Below are positions 22,035-31,290 of a stretch of DNA of 57,433 bases, one piece after another. The notes under the pieces are model-generated. The model saw nothing but the letters and a program-made list of their open reading frames with translations. It searched no databases and was not told where the DNA came from. Within the stretch, counting starts at the first letter, position 1. Each line of letters opens with the position of its first letter. The position numbers were made by a program, and so were the translations under genes. Origin of the DNA: Synechococcus sp. (GTDB taxonomy: Bacteria; Cyanobacteriota; Cyanobacteriia; Thermostichales; PCC-7336); the NCBI GenBank assembly GCA_051439425.1, contig JBFRWD010000074.1, positions 1-57,433 of the forward strand. Direction: 5' to 3'.

Positions 22035-22201
22035 GGTGAAGGGTTATCTAAATCACTACATCGTTAGCACTATTGTTCAGTATTGACGTCCAAACGGATA
22101 CGGAATTCATGCCTAGTGCAGAACTTGTTATCAGCCTGCAGAGCATACAACCCCTGAAAACTATCCAGCCCACAGTCAGGGCAATAGTGCCGGTTGAGCC
22201 A

Positions 22202-22687
22202 TTAATGAACGGTGCCGGTTGCTGAGCGGTTGCTGGGGACGTTAACGTCCACTTGAATCATTCCTGCTAAAGCCGGGTCAAACCCTGCGGGAAACAGTGT
22301 CTGGGATGAATAGTAGGCATCTACTAGGTTGGCCTGATTGAGATGGGTGGCCCGCAAGTCGGTCGCCACCAGATTACTCCAATTGAGTTGGGCGTCATTT
22401 AAATTGGCCCCAACCATGCAGGCTTGACCCAGATTGGCCCAATTCAAATGTGCTGCCATTAGCTGAGCATCTGTTAAATCCACTGCCACAAGGTTGGCCC
22501 ACTCTAGGTTTGCCCGCCGTAGATTGGCTTTGACTAAGTGGGCTTGGGCCAGACATCCCCAACTGAGATTTACTGCCACAAGTTCGATCTCGGGTAAATA
22601 AGCATTGCGCAGATTGGACCGAGAAAAGTGCCGCACTCCCACCGCATATTCATCCAGTAATTCAACTGCCGTTTCGATCGCAGGCAT
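22202..22687 (-). CDS. Pentapeptide repeat protein
   Basis: A(N/D)Lxx repeats and C-terminal TLFPAGFDP; ATG 22687. Confidence 0.88.
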   Translation of the reverse strand: MPAIETAVELLDEYAVGVRHFSRSNLRNAYLPEIELVAVNLSWGCLAQAHLVKANLRRANLEWANLVAVDLTDAQLMAAHLNWANLGQACMVGANLNDAQLNWSNLVATDLRATHLNQANLVDAYYSSQTLFPAGFDPALAGMIQVDVNVPSNRSATGTVH

Positions 22688-22781
22688 AGAGCAGCACCGC
22701 TCCACAATCTTGTTTATGGAGCAACTATATTTCATCCTGCATCGGTGATGTCCTCTTATAAAACTCTTTAAGTCTTGCCTA

Positions 22782-23588
22782 CTATTGTTCCAAGCAGTCA
22801 CCGTAGCCCATGACTAAACTGGCGATCACCAACGGAGCGGTGACCGTTCTCAAAATCCTTTTTCCCAAGCTAATTGGTAGGACTCCTACCACTTGAGCTT
22901 GCTCCAGTTCGCGATCCGTCCATCCCCCTTCCGGGCCAACAGCGATAGCCAGCGTGGCGCAAGGCTCTTGCTGATTTAGACGAGTCAACAAATACGGATT
23001 ATCGTCTCGCGCCGCAGCAATATATCGATAATTGCTTGTCCGGTTTATCTTGTTCGGAACGCTGTTCGAAGAGTCACCACTATGCAACCAACTGCGGAAC
23101 GTAGACGGCTCTGCAACGATCGGTACAACCACCCGTTCGCACTGTTCCACCGCCTCTGTGGCAATGGCTCGCCATCGCTGCAGCTTTTTCGAACTGGGAA
23201 CAGACACCGTGCGCTCGCTCGTCAGCGGCACAATTCGGCTCACCCCCAACTCGGTCAACTGCCTAACCAGCGTGTCAAACCCCGACCCCTTCGGAACGGC
23301 GATCGCCAATTCAAGCTGGAACGGAAGTTCTCGCCCAACGGGAATGAGTTCGGTTTCAATCACTGCGTCGGCATCTGCTAACGCGGCTTGCCACAATCGC
23401 CCGCTACTATCAAACGCTAAAAAGCGATCACCAATTCTCAATCGCCGCACCCGCTCTAAATAGTGTCTTTGAGCGGAGGTGAGGGTTAGGGTGGCAATGC
23501 CGCGATCGACCGTGGAGGAAATAGAGCCCGATGCAAACGCTAGACGCGGCAACTGCTTTAGGCTCTGCGGATGTTCAGGCAGCACCAT
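22782..23588 (-). CDS. rsmE: 16S rRNA m3U1498 methyltransferase
   Basis: HYLERVRRL, TELGV, EAVEQCER, GPEGG and LGKRILRTVTA SPOUT motifs; true start probably near 23552. Confidence 0.93.
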   Translation of the reverse strand: MVLPEHPQSLKQLPRLAFASGSISSTVDRGIATLTLTSAQRHYLERVRRLRIGDRFLAFDSSGRLWQAALADADAVIETELIPVGRELPFQLELAIAVPKGSGFDTLVRQLTELGVSRIVPLTSERTVSVPSSKKLQRWRAIATEAVEQCERVVVPIVAEPSTFRSWLHSGDSSNSVPNKINRTSNYRYIAAARDDNPYLLTRLNQQEPCATLAIAVGPEGGWTDRELEQAQVVGVLPISLGKRILRTVTAPLVIASLVMGYGDCLEQ

Positions 23589-24562
23589 TCCTTACGCTTC
23601 CACAACGCTGCTACAGTCCAGCCATGGGCTTCTAGTGTGGCGCTCACCATTTTGACTTGCTCGACTAAGACACCACTCAGCACTAGCCAGCCGTCTGGCC
23701 GCAGCACTAATTCAAATTGAGGAATCAGATCGATAATCACTTCCGCCAAAATATTGCAAACGAGACCATCAACACGGCGGGGAACGGCATCCAAGCTGCC
23801 AGTCAAGACCTCGACTCGGTCGTCTACTCCATTACGATGCACGTTGAATGTCGCCGTTTCGATAGCCAGCTCATCCGTATCGACGGCATAGACCCGTTCG
23901 GCACCCAAGGTCGCCGCGACTAACGACAAAATACCCGACCCACAGCCAATATCGGCAATTTCAACTCGCTCGTCTGGCTCCAAGAAGTCCAGATGCATTT
24001 CCAGGGCTTCTGCACACATCTGAGTGGTCGGGTGTGCCCCCGTCCCGAAGGCAGCTCCAGGGTCCATAACAAGAACGTGGCGATTGTCTTTCGGCTCGAC
24101 ATCCAACCACGCGGGGCAAATAAGAATCTTGTCGCCAATTTCTTGCGGCTGCCAATGCTGTTTCCACTCGGTGGACCAGTCTGCAGCTTCAAGCCGTTCC
24201 CAATGAACTGCGGGGGGCTCGGTTCCGAGCAGCAATGCATCCTGACGCAGCAGCAGGGCCAACGCAGACAAATCTAAAGGGGTGACACGCTCGAACGCAA
24301 GATAAGCTCGCATCTCAACGGCTTGGCTTCGATTCTCGCTGACTGTTCCCTGACAGCCGAACGACTGCAACCTCCAGAAAACACTGTCTTCCTGCTCTGG
24401 GGAGATAGCAATATGCACTTCCCACCAGGCAGTTTCCGGTTGCCGGATCGTTGGAGGAGTATCGAGAGTGGATTCAGGTATTGCGTTCAAAAAAGCCATT
24501 CCTTCGGCCGCAGACGACGCTTTCAGCACCACCACATCATCACTGTACCCTGCGCGCTCCAT
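23558..24562 (-). CDS. prmA: Ribosomal protein L11 methyltransferase
   Basis: DPGAAFGTGAHPTT, DIGCGSGIL and NILA motifs; start uncertain. Confidence 0.95.
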   Translation of the reverse strand: MERAGYSDDVVVLKASSAAEGMAFLNAIPESTLDTPPTIRQPETAWWEVHIAISPEQEDSVFWRLQSFGCQGTVSENRSQAVEMRAYLAFERVTPLDLSALALLLRQDALLLGTEPPAVHWERLEAADWSTEWKQHWQPQEIGDKILICPAWLDVEPKDNRHVLVMDPGAAFGTGAHPTTQMCAEALEMHLDFLEPDERVEIADIGCGSGILSLVAATLGAERVYAVDTDELAIETATFNVHRNGVDDRVEVLTGSLDAVPRRVDGLVCNILAEVIIDLIPQFELVLRPDGWLVLSGVLVEQVKMVSATLEAHGWTVAALWKRKEWCCLNIRRA

Positions 24563-24738
24563 TCCATACTGTTGAAAATGGATTTTCTACGGACGCAAAC
24601 CAGTCCGACTGTCCGGTGTCATGTACTCGTGTCCAACTGCTATTCGTTGGGTAACTGACGAGACAGAGCGTAACGAGCGACAACTCTTCAAAGGACGAAC
24701 GGACGATCGGTGTTTGCGATACATTAACGTACCGCAGA

Positions 24739-25149
24739 CTAGTCTTGAATGTAGTCCGTTCCGTCTACAAGAGCGGCTTCCGCCTTTTGGAACTCTCGTC
24801 CAAGATACGCTGCATGGTCAATATAGGTAACGGGTGAGTGCTTGTGCTCGGGATTCTCGAAGAGGGCAATGCATAACTCTTTCGCCGTTCGCCCCGTGTA
24901 GGTATTCAGCAGAGGATTCGAAAGGGTGCCTTTGGCCGACAGAGGCCTGCCCGTGTCCGGATCGATCGCCAATCCGCGTTCGTTGACTACGACCCCATAA
25001 TGCTTGGCACAGATCAGACCCTCCACGCGATCGACGTAAATGATGAAGTATCCAGCGGGATCGAGGGGGATATGCCGCTTGGATAGTTTGTCATCAAGTG
25101 CTGTCAGGTGCTCGCGAGTAATGATGGGGCGATCGAGGGAGGAGGTCAT
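24739..25149 (-). CDS. DUF4346 family protein
   Basis: LDPAGYFII, GRTAKEL, DHAAYLGRE and YIQD motifs; ATG 25149. Confidence 0.85.
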   Translation of the reverse strand: MTSSLDRPIITREHLTALDDKLSKRHIPLDPAGYFIIYVDRVEGLICAKHYGVVVNERGLAIDPDTGRPLSAKGTLSNPLLNTYTGRTAKELCIALFENPEHKHSPVTYIDHAAYLGREFQKAEAALVDGTDYIQD

Positions 25150-25344
25150 AAGTCTAGGGCGCTGCTGAGTGCATGGCAGATCGATAGGCTTTTTAATCTT
25201 GACAGATTGGCGGGCAAACCTCGAAATTCCGGGCGGGGAATTTTCTAAGCCAGTCTGGTTCACCGTTAACTCTTCCCCCGCATTGTGACCAATTGCTCGG
25301 GAGGAATGCCGTAGGCTCTTTATAGAATTCGCAACCAGCAAACC

Positions 25345-26031
25345 GTGGCCGACTATCCCTTAGATCTAGATTTAGCACCCTACATCGATCATTCACTACT
25401 CGATCCGGCAGCCGTCCCAGAACAGGTGGATCGCCTCTGCAGAGAGGCCGACCGGTTTGGATTTGCGAGTGTCTGCGTGTTGCCCTGCAACCTCAACCAA
25501 GCGGTGGATGTGTTGCACAATCGTCCATCTAAAGTGACGACAGTGATTGGATTTCCTTTGGGGGGGAACATGCCGGGGGTGAAGCTGTACGAGGCGATGG
25601 CGGCTCGGGAAGTCGGTGCTCAGGAGCTAGATGTGGTCATCAATGTGGGCTGGCTGAAGGCGGGAGACAGCGATCGCGTCCATGGGGAGATCGCTCAGAT
25701 TGTGGAAGAAACGGGCTTGCCCGTCAAGGCCATTTTGGAGACAGCCGTATTGACGGAAGAGGAAAAGCGGTTGGCAGGAGAACTGTGTGCCGATGCAGGA
25801 GTAGCTTTTTTGAAAACGTCTACCGGTTGGCGCGGAGGCGCGACAGCCGCTGACGTGAAGTTGCTGTGGGAGATTACTCGCGGTCAAGTGGCAGTAAAGG
25901 CATCGGGGGGCATTAAGACCGTGGAGGGGGCAATGGCGTTGATCGAGGCAGGAGCGACACGGCTAGGTACCTCGCGGGGGGTGCAGTTGATGCAGCAATG
26001 GATGAACGCCGGAGATACCGAACCGATCTAA
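25345..26031 (+). CDS. deoC: Deoxyribose-phosphate aldolase
   Basis: IDHSLL, VIGFPLG, KTSTG, KASGGI and RLGTS motifs. Confidence 0.96.
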   Translation: MADYPLDLDLAPYIDHSLLDPAAVPEQVDRLCREADRFGFASVCVLPCNLNQAVDVLHNRPSKVTTVIGFPLGGNMPGVKLYEAMAAREVGAQELDVVINVGWLKAGDSDRVHGEIAQIVEETGLPVKAILETAVLTEEEKRLAGELCADAGVAFLKTSTGWRGGATAADVKLLWEITRGQVAVKASGGIKTVEGAMALIEAGATRLGTSRGVQLMQQWMNAGDTEPI

Positions 26032-26918
26032 GTCCGTCTGTTGGCTGCTTGGGGGGAGCGTGGAAGGACCTGCGAGCGCGGAGGTGAGCCTGCAATCAGG
26101 ATGTCTAGCGATCGCTGCATGTGCTCGACCACCAATTGATAACACTCCTGAACGTAATCGCGATCACGGGCAGCTTCCGCACCATAGCGAGCAAACGTGA
26201 TGGGCTGACAGACTCGGGTCCGAATTTGAATCGGTAGGGGGACGTTGGGGATGGGCCCCACCCCCACCCCCCACGGCAATCCCAAGAAAATGGGAAATAC
26301 CTCGGGATCGACATTGAACAGCCAAGGAAATAGTCCGCGATCGTGCAACGCCTTGACTTGCTCGTAGCAGTCTTCTAAGACAACAACCGTATCGTGAGCC
26401 CCGGCAGAAATCACCGGCACAATCGGGACTTCTTGACGCAGGGCCACTTTGATAAATGCCGTATTGCCCATCAGGTGAATGCGATCGCGCAAGCGATGAG
26501 GTCGAAATAAATCTCGCGCCCCCCCCGGATAGACCAATACACTGGCTCCAGCCTGGAATGCAGCAAATGCCATTTTGGGATGGGCCTGAATTGCCCCCAA
26601 TTGCGCCCCAATCTGCCCCAACTGCGGTGCCACCTTCCACACCCCTGGGTGCATGAGACCGTAGACGGTGCGATCGAATGTATAGCGACGAAACCAATCC
26701 ACCATAAACATTGGCAAATCGGGACTGGCTAGCCCGCCATTATGCGATCCGACAAATAAAACCTGGTCGTCAGGGATATGCTCCCAGCCGTCTGTTTGGA
26801 CTCGAAAGTAATGCTCGTACAGCCATTCCCAAACTGGCAATATGCGCTCGATGGCACCAGGATCGCGATCGGTCAGCGACCAGCCACTATAGGGTTCGAC
26901 TGCAGAAAAAGCTGTCAT
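26028..26918 (-). CDS. PlsC/DGAT2-like acyltransferase, Slr2103-like
   Basis: [15 protein letters not shown]-x3-D and YPGG motifs resemble Synechocystis Slr2103 (from memory); ATG 26918. Confidence 0.75.
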   Translation of the reverse strand: MTAFSAVEPYSGWSLTDRDPGAIERILPVWEWLYEHYFRVQTDGWEHIPDDQVLFVGSHNGGLASPDLPMFMVDWFRRYTFDRTVYGLMHPGVWKVAPQLGQIGAQLGAIQAHPKMAFAAFQAGASVLVYPGGARDLFRPHRLRDRIHLMGNTAFIKVALRQEVPIVPVISAGAHDTVVVLEDCYEQVKALHDRGLFPWLFNVDPEVFPIFLGLPWGVGVGPIPNVPLPIQIRTRVCQPITFARYGAEAARDRDYVQECYQLVVEHMQRSLDILIAGSPPRSQVLPRSPQAANRRT

Positions 26919-26997
26919 GCAACTCGGGTAAGAACTAACTCTAGTCTGCCTCACGAAACGGTGGTAGAACCGTGGCGATCGCTTCAGAGCAACGCCT

Positions 26998-27101
26998 AAT
27001 GACGAATGACATATGACCAATGACGAAGGACCAATGACCCGATTCCGTCCTTAGTCCTTAGTCCTTAGTCCTTAGTCCTTAGTCCTTAGTCCTTAGTCCT
27101 T
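26998..27101. repeat. STRR arrays: degenerate (C/T)AATGAC units, then (GTCCTTA)x7 plus a partial unit
   Basis: Perfect heptamer tandem at 27047-27101; opposite-orientation degenerate units at 26998-27039. Confidence 0.92.
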
Positions 27102-27110
27102 CGTTCTCCA

Positions 27111-27755
27111 CTACAACTTATGAAAAACCACCGATAGATTATTTGCCGGCATCTCCACTGTCTTTAGCAAACTCAGCCCCTCCGCTGTCGCGGCTTTGAC
27201 AACGTCCTCCAGATGGCGAACTCCCCAGGCTGGATTCTGCGATCGCAAACTCAGGTCAAACGCGGCATTACTAGGAGCGGTATGCTGTCCGTTGCGCTGG
27301 TAGGGGCCGTAAAGATAGAGAACACCTCCTTCGGGCAAGATCCGCCCTGCACCAGCCAGCAACCCCAGACAGGCTGACCAGGGGGAGATGTGAATCATAT
27401 TTATGTTGACGATCGCAGAGATCGGGGTGGGCAACACCAGCGGCTCTAGTTCAGTGCCAGACAATTCAACTGGCCATCGATTCTGGCTGGCATCTAGCTC
27501 GATGGCTGGGTGAAGCATTGCAATGCCACTCCGCGCTCTCCAGGCGGCAATGCTGGCCCTAGCGATGGGATTGGGATCGGATGGAAGCCAGGTTAACTGA
27601 GGTAGGTGTCGGGAGAAATAGACAGCATGCTCTCCAGTGCCGCTGGCGACTTCCAGGACGGTGCCGCTGGCAGGCAGAATCTGTTGCAAGACCACGAGAA
27701 TAGGGTCTCGATTGCGCTGGGTGGCGGGAGCATATTTGCGATCGCCACTGGTCAT
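27111..27755 (-). CDS. DUF938 family SAM-dependent methyltransferase (METTL26-like)
   Basis: APATQRNRDPIL, LEVASGTGEH, NMIHISPW, YGPY and MPANN motifs. Confidence 0.9.
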   Translation of the reverse strand: MTSGDRKYAPATQRNRDPILVVLQQILPASGTVLEVASGTGEHAVYFSRHLPQLTWLPSDPNPIARASIAAWRARSGIAMLHPAIELDASQNRWPVELSGTELEPLVLPTPISAIVNINMIHISPWSACLGLLAGAGRILPEGGVLYLYGPYQRNGQHTAPSNAAFDLSLRSQNPAWGVRHLEDVVKAATAEGLSLLKTVEMPANNLSVVFHKL

Positions 27756-28663
27756 GACTGCATGTTTGCGACGGGGTGGGATTCCGATGTTGTAGTGGAA
27801 TCTCCTGCTTTCGGACAGGCTGCAGCTCTGGAATTGGCGATGTCACATTGGCCGACCAAACAGGGTTCGCTGAATGCCGGATCGTCTGCCGGTTGAGCAG
27901 CCTGTTGGCCGAACACCATCGTGCAGCTCATATCCTCAAAGTTGGGGGTCATGGTGAGGGGAATGCCAAATTCTTGAGTAAAGAAATCTTGGGTGGGCAG
28001 CTTGCACAAGTTGACGCAGGTACCCACACAGCGGCTTTGTTCTAGATAACGACACTTCTGGATCTGTACGCCACTGCTCTGCTGTCTCACGGTTCCGTCC
28101 GGCAAAGTAACCTCCACCTCGGTGACCTCGCAAGGTCCCACCAACCATTCGAACATTTGGGTGGCAAACCATGCATTCAGCTCGCACACCAATTGCGTGG
28201 GAGAAAAGAACGCCCGAATACCTTTCAGCGCAAAACTAGGCACCAGTGAGTTTAGGACTTGGGCTACCACCTGTCGTTGCTCGCGAGGCGATCGCCCCTG
28301 CACAATTTTCTGAGACAGATCCACAAATCCGTCGTAACCAGCCAACTCGGTTTGTTGACCGACGGCTGCCGCCATCTTGCGAGAAAACAGCCAAATAAAT
28401 AGCCGATCGATGGTGTTATCGGAATAGCAGGTGCCGCCATCATGGGCGAGCGCCATCGGGCTATCTGGTGTTTCAGAAACGCTGGCACTGCAGCTATCTG
28501 CGGACGAACCACAAGACGAAGTGCCCTCGGTCACACCATGGTTCTCATCTTGAGTTCTCTTGCCTTGAATCCTCTTGCCTTGAATATTCTTGCCTCGAAT
28601 ACTCTCGCTATTAGTCTGCTCGCCTCTATTGATATTGGTCATATTCAAATTCAAAGCCCTCAC
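27752..28663 (-). CDS. DUF4033 / DWARF27-like beta-carotene isomerase family protein
   Basis: FEWLVGP, KCRYLE-x3-C-x3-C-x3-CKLPTQDFF, and PNFEDMSC motifs; start uncertain (28663, 28642 or 28456). Confidence 0.85.
   Translation of the reverse strand: MRALNLNMTNINRGEQTNSESIRGKNIQGKRIQGKRTQDENHGVTEGTSSCGSSADSCSASVSETPDSPMALAHDGGTCYSDNTIDRLFIWLFSRKMAAAVGQQTELAGYDGFVDLSQKIVQGRSPREQRQVVAQVLNSLVPSFALKGIRAFFSPTQLVCELNAWFATQMFEWLVGPCEVTEVEVTLPDGTVRQQSSGVQIQKCRYLEQSRCVGTCVNLCKLPTQDFFTQEFGIPLTMTPNFEDMSCTMVFGQQAAQPADDPAFSEPCLVGQCDIANSRAAACPKAGDSTTTSESHPVANMQS
28557..28601. repeat. 15-bp tandem repeat x3
   Basis: CTCTTGCCTTGAATC / CTCTTGCCTTGAATA / TTCTTGCCTCGAATA. Confidence 0.8.
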
Positions 28664-29062
28664 GATCTGCGATCGCCCTACTCTCCCGAGCTACTGCACT
28701 ATTGTCCCCCCATTCAGCATGCCAATACTCTTGATTTTGTCAGGCAACAAGCCACTAACTGCGAGCAATCAACATAGCAGCGTGCTTACCGATAGATATG
28801 CGTCGATATGTTCATCACAAAACAGCAGGTTCAGATTGAACTAGCGCATTTTCGTAACAAAGTGTTAAAGTCGTCAGTGGCTTTGACATTTTTTACAGAG
28901 CCATTCGAGCACGCAGTTAAACTGAACCGTTAGTGCAGCCTTCGCTCATGGTGAGCCTGTTGGGTAGCTGTTGCGTTTGCGGTCGCAGGATTTCCGTTCT
29001 CGCACATCCACCGTCCAGCTCTGTCATTCACAGATTGCCCGGACAGCCACTACAGGACCCCC

Positions 29063-30784
29063 ATGACCCAAGCTACTGTGCCTCAGTTTGCCGAGTTTCC
29101 CCTGTCCGAACCTATTCTCCGGGCGATCGCTGATGTGGGCTACGAGTCCCCGTCCCCCATCCAAGCGCAAACCCTACCTCCTTTATTAGAAGGCCGTGAC
29201 CTAGTTGGTCAGGCTCAAACCGGTACTGGAAAAACTGCCGCATTTTCGCTACCGCTGCTCAGCAATCTCGACCTATCCCGCCGCGAACCTCAAATTCTGG
29301 TACTGGCCCCTACTCGCGAGCTGGCAATTCAGGTGGCAGACTCAATGCAATCGTACGGACGTCACCTGTCCGGCTTCAAAATAACCACTCTGTATGGTGG
29401 CATGAGCATTGGCCAGCAGATTCGCGATCTGCGCCACGGGGTCCACGTTGTTGTGGGTACCCCCGGACGCCTGCTCGATCACTTACGGCGCGGCACCCTA
29501 AAGTTGGACGGCCTATCCTCTGTGGTTCTTGACGAAGCTGATGAGATGCTACGCATGGGCTTTATTGACGATGTGGAAACTATCCTCAGCCAAGCCCCCG
29601 AAACCCGCCAGGTGGTATTGTTCTCGGCCACCATGCCCCTCGAAATTCGCAAGGTAGCCCGCAAGCACCTCACCGATCCAGTCGAAATCAAAATTGCCAC
29701 CGAGACGGCGACAGTTTCCAGCATTGCCCAGCGTTTTTGGATGGTACAGGGGATGCGCAAGCAGGATGCACTAATTCGCATTCTGGAAGCCGAAGAATTT
29801 GATGCTGCGATCATCTTTGCCCGCACGAAAACCATGACAGCGGAGGTCGCAGAGTTATTAGAGAATAGCGGTTACTCTAGCGCTGTCCTGAATGGCGATG
29901 TTAGCCAAGCGTTGCGAGAAAAGACGGTCGATCGCCTCAAGCGAGGCTCTATTGACATTGTTGTGGCCACCGATGTTGCTGCTCGCGGATTGGATGTCGA
30001 GCGCATTAGCCACGTCATTAATTACGACATTCCTCTCGATACCGAAACATACGTTCACCGCATTGGTCGTACCGGTCGAGCGGGACGCAAGGGTGACGCG
30101 ATCTTATTTGTTCATCGTCGCGAGCGTCGCTTGTTGCGCAACATCGAACGAGCGACTCGCCAGCAGATCGAGCCCATGCAGTTACCCAGCAATGTAGACA
30201 TTGCCGGACGTCGTATTGCTCAGTTTAAAGAGAAAGTTGCCGAAACAATCTCCAACCAAGAGGACATGGAGTTCTTTGAGGATTTGGTGAACAACCTGCA
30301 GGAAGAAAAGGAGTACACTCCCCTACAAATTGCTGCTGCACTAACCTACTTGGTACAAAAGGAGCGTCCCTTACGTCTTCCCAAAGAGCCCGAACCCAGA
30401 TTCCGCGACGACCGTGAGTCCCGCGAACGTCCCCAACGACGCGATCGCAATAATCGCAGCAATCGTTCGGAAGAGGGCATGGTCAGCTACCGGATTGAAG
30501 TGGGTCGCAATCATGGCGTCACCCCAAAGCACATCGTGGGCGCGATCGCTAACGAAGGAGGCATCAACAGCCGTCATATCGGTCGTATTCGCTTATTCAA
30601 CACCTTTAGCGTGGTTGACCTCCCAGATGGGATGCCGCCTGAAACCTTCGAGCACCTGAAGCAAGTCCAGATATGCGGGGAAGCCACCAACATCTCGATC
30701 GATGCAGGCCCCCGCAATGGTGGTGGTCCACGTCGCAATAGCTTCAGAGGGAACCCTCGCCCTCGTCGCGACAACCAGTTCTAA
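29063..30784 (+). CDS. deaD: DEAD-box RNA helicase DeaD/CsdA type with C-terminal DbpA RNA-binding domain
   Basis: AQTGTGKT, PTRELA, DEAD, SAT and HRIGRTGRAG motifs; YRIEVGR...IVGAIANE domain. Confidence 0.93.
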   Translation: MTQATVPQFAEFPLSEPILRAIADVGYESPSPIQAQTLPPLLEGRDLVGQAQTGTGKTAAFSLPLLSNLDLSRREPQILVLAPTRELAIQVADSMQSYGRHLSGFKITTLYGGMSIGQQIRDLRHGVHVVVGTPGRLLDHLRRGTLKLDGLSSVVLDEADEMLRMGFIDDVETILSQAPETRQVVLFSATMPLEIRKVARKHLTDPVEIKIATETATVSSIAQRFWMVQGMRKQDALIRILEAEEFDAAIIFARTKTMTAEVAELLENSGYSSAVLNGDVSQALREKTVDRLKRGSIDIVVATDVAARGLDVERISHVINYDIPLDTETYVHRIGRTGRAGRKGDAILFVHRRERRLLRNIERATRQQIEPMQLPSNVDIAGRRIAQFKEKVAETISNQEDMEFFEDLVNNLQEEKEYTPLQIAAALTYLVQKERPLRLPKEPEPRFRDDRESRERPQRRDRNNRSNRSEEGMVSYRIEVGRNHGVTPKHIVGAIANEGGINSRHIGRIRLFNTFSVVDLPDGMPPETFEHLKQVQICGEATNISIDAGPRNGGGPRRNSFRGNPRPRRDNQF

Positions 30785-30832
30785 TTTCGATGGGATTGGT
30801 TTTGCGTCGGGATTGATTTTCGTCGGGATTGG
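30785..30832 (+). repeat. Three imperfect ~16-bp direct repeats right after the deaD stop
   Basis: TTTCGATGGGATTGG / TTTTGCGTCGGGATTGA / TTTTCGTCGGGATTGG. Confidence 0.7.
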
Positions 30833-31290
30833 TTCTAACGACAGCCTTTTATCCGCAGTGGAGTAACATCTGCTGCGGATTGATTGTACGTGCAAAATTC
30901 TATGCACATGCCAGTGTGCGCACGGGCCTTGCGATCGCACCCCCAAGAGAGAGAGCGATCCCGCTGGCTATCTGAGCGCGAGCCAGATTGATATTGGCGA
31001 ATGACTTAGCCTCTTCAAACCAGCAATAGACATCAAACTGTAACGAATTCGAGGGACTTCCGTTTGCTTTTTATTGCTAATTCCTAAGAATCCCTTGCAT
31101 CACTTTTATACTAGTCAATAGATAAAAGCGCGAAGGAGGGCATTATTTTGACGCGCTTTCTTGCCGATTTCTACTAAAGGCTAATCGACCAAAGGTGTGA
31201 GTTATACGAGATGTCTGCTTGCAACACCTGTTTAGACAATCGCAAGCCATAAGGTTGTGAGAGGGAGAACGCGCAGTTCTTCAAAGCATT

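Noticed and set aside
27047..27101. Regular repeats as a possible CRISPR array
   Set aside because: 7-bp tandem units with no spacers and no cas genes; this is an STRR
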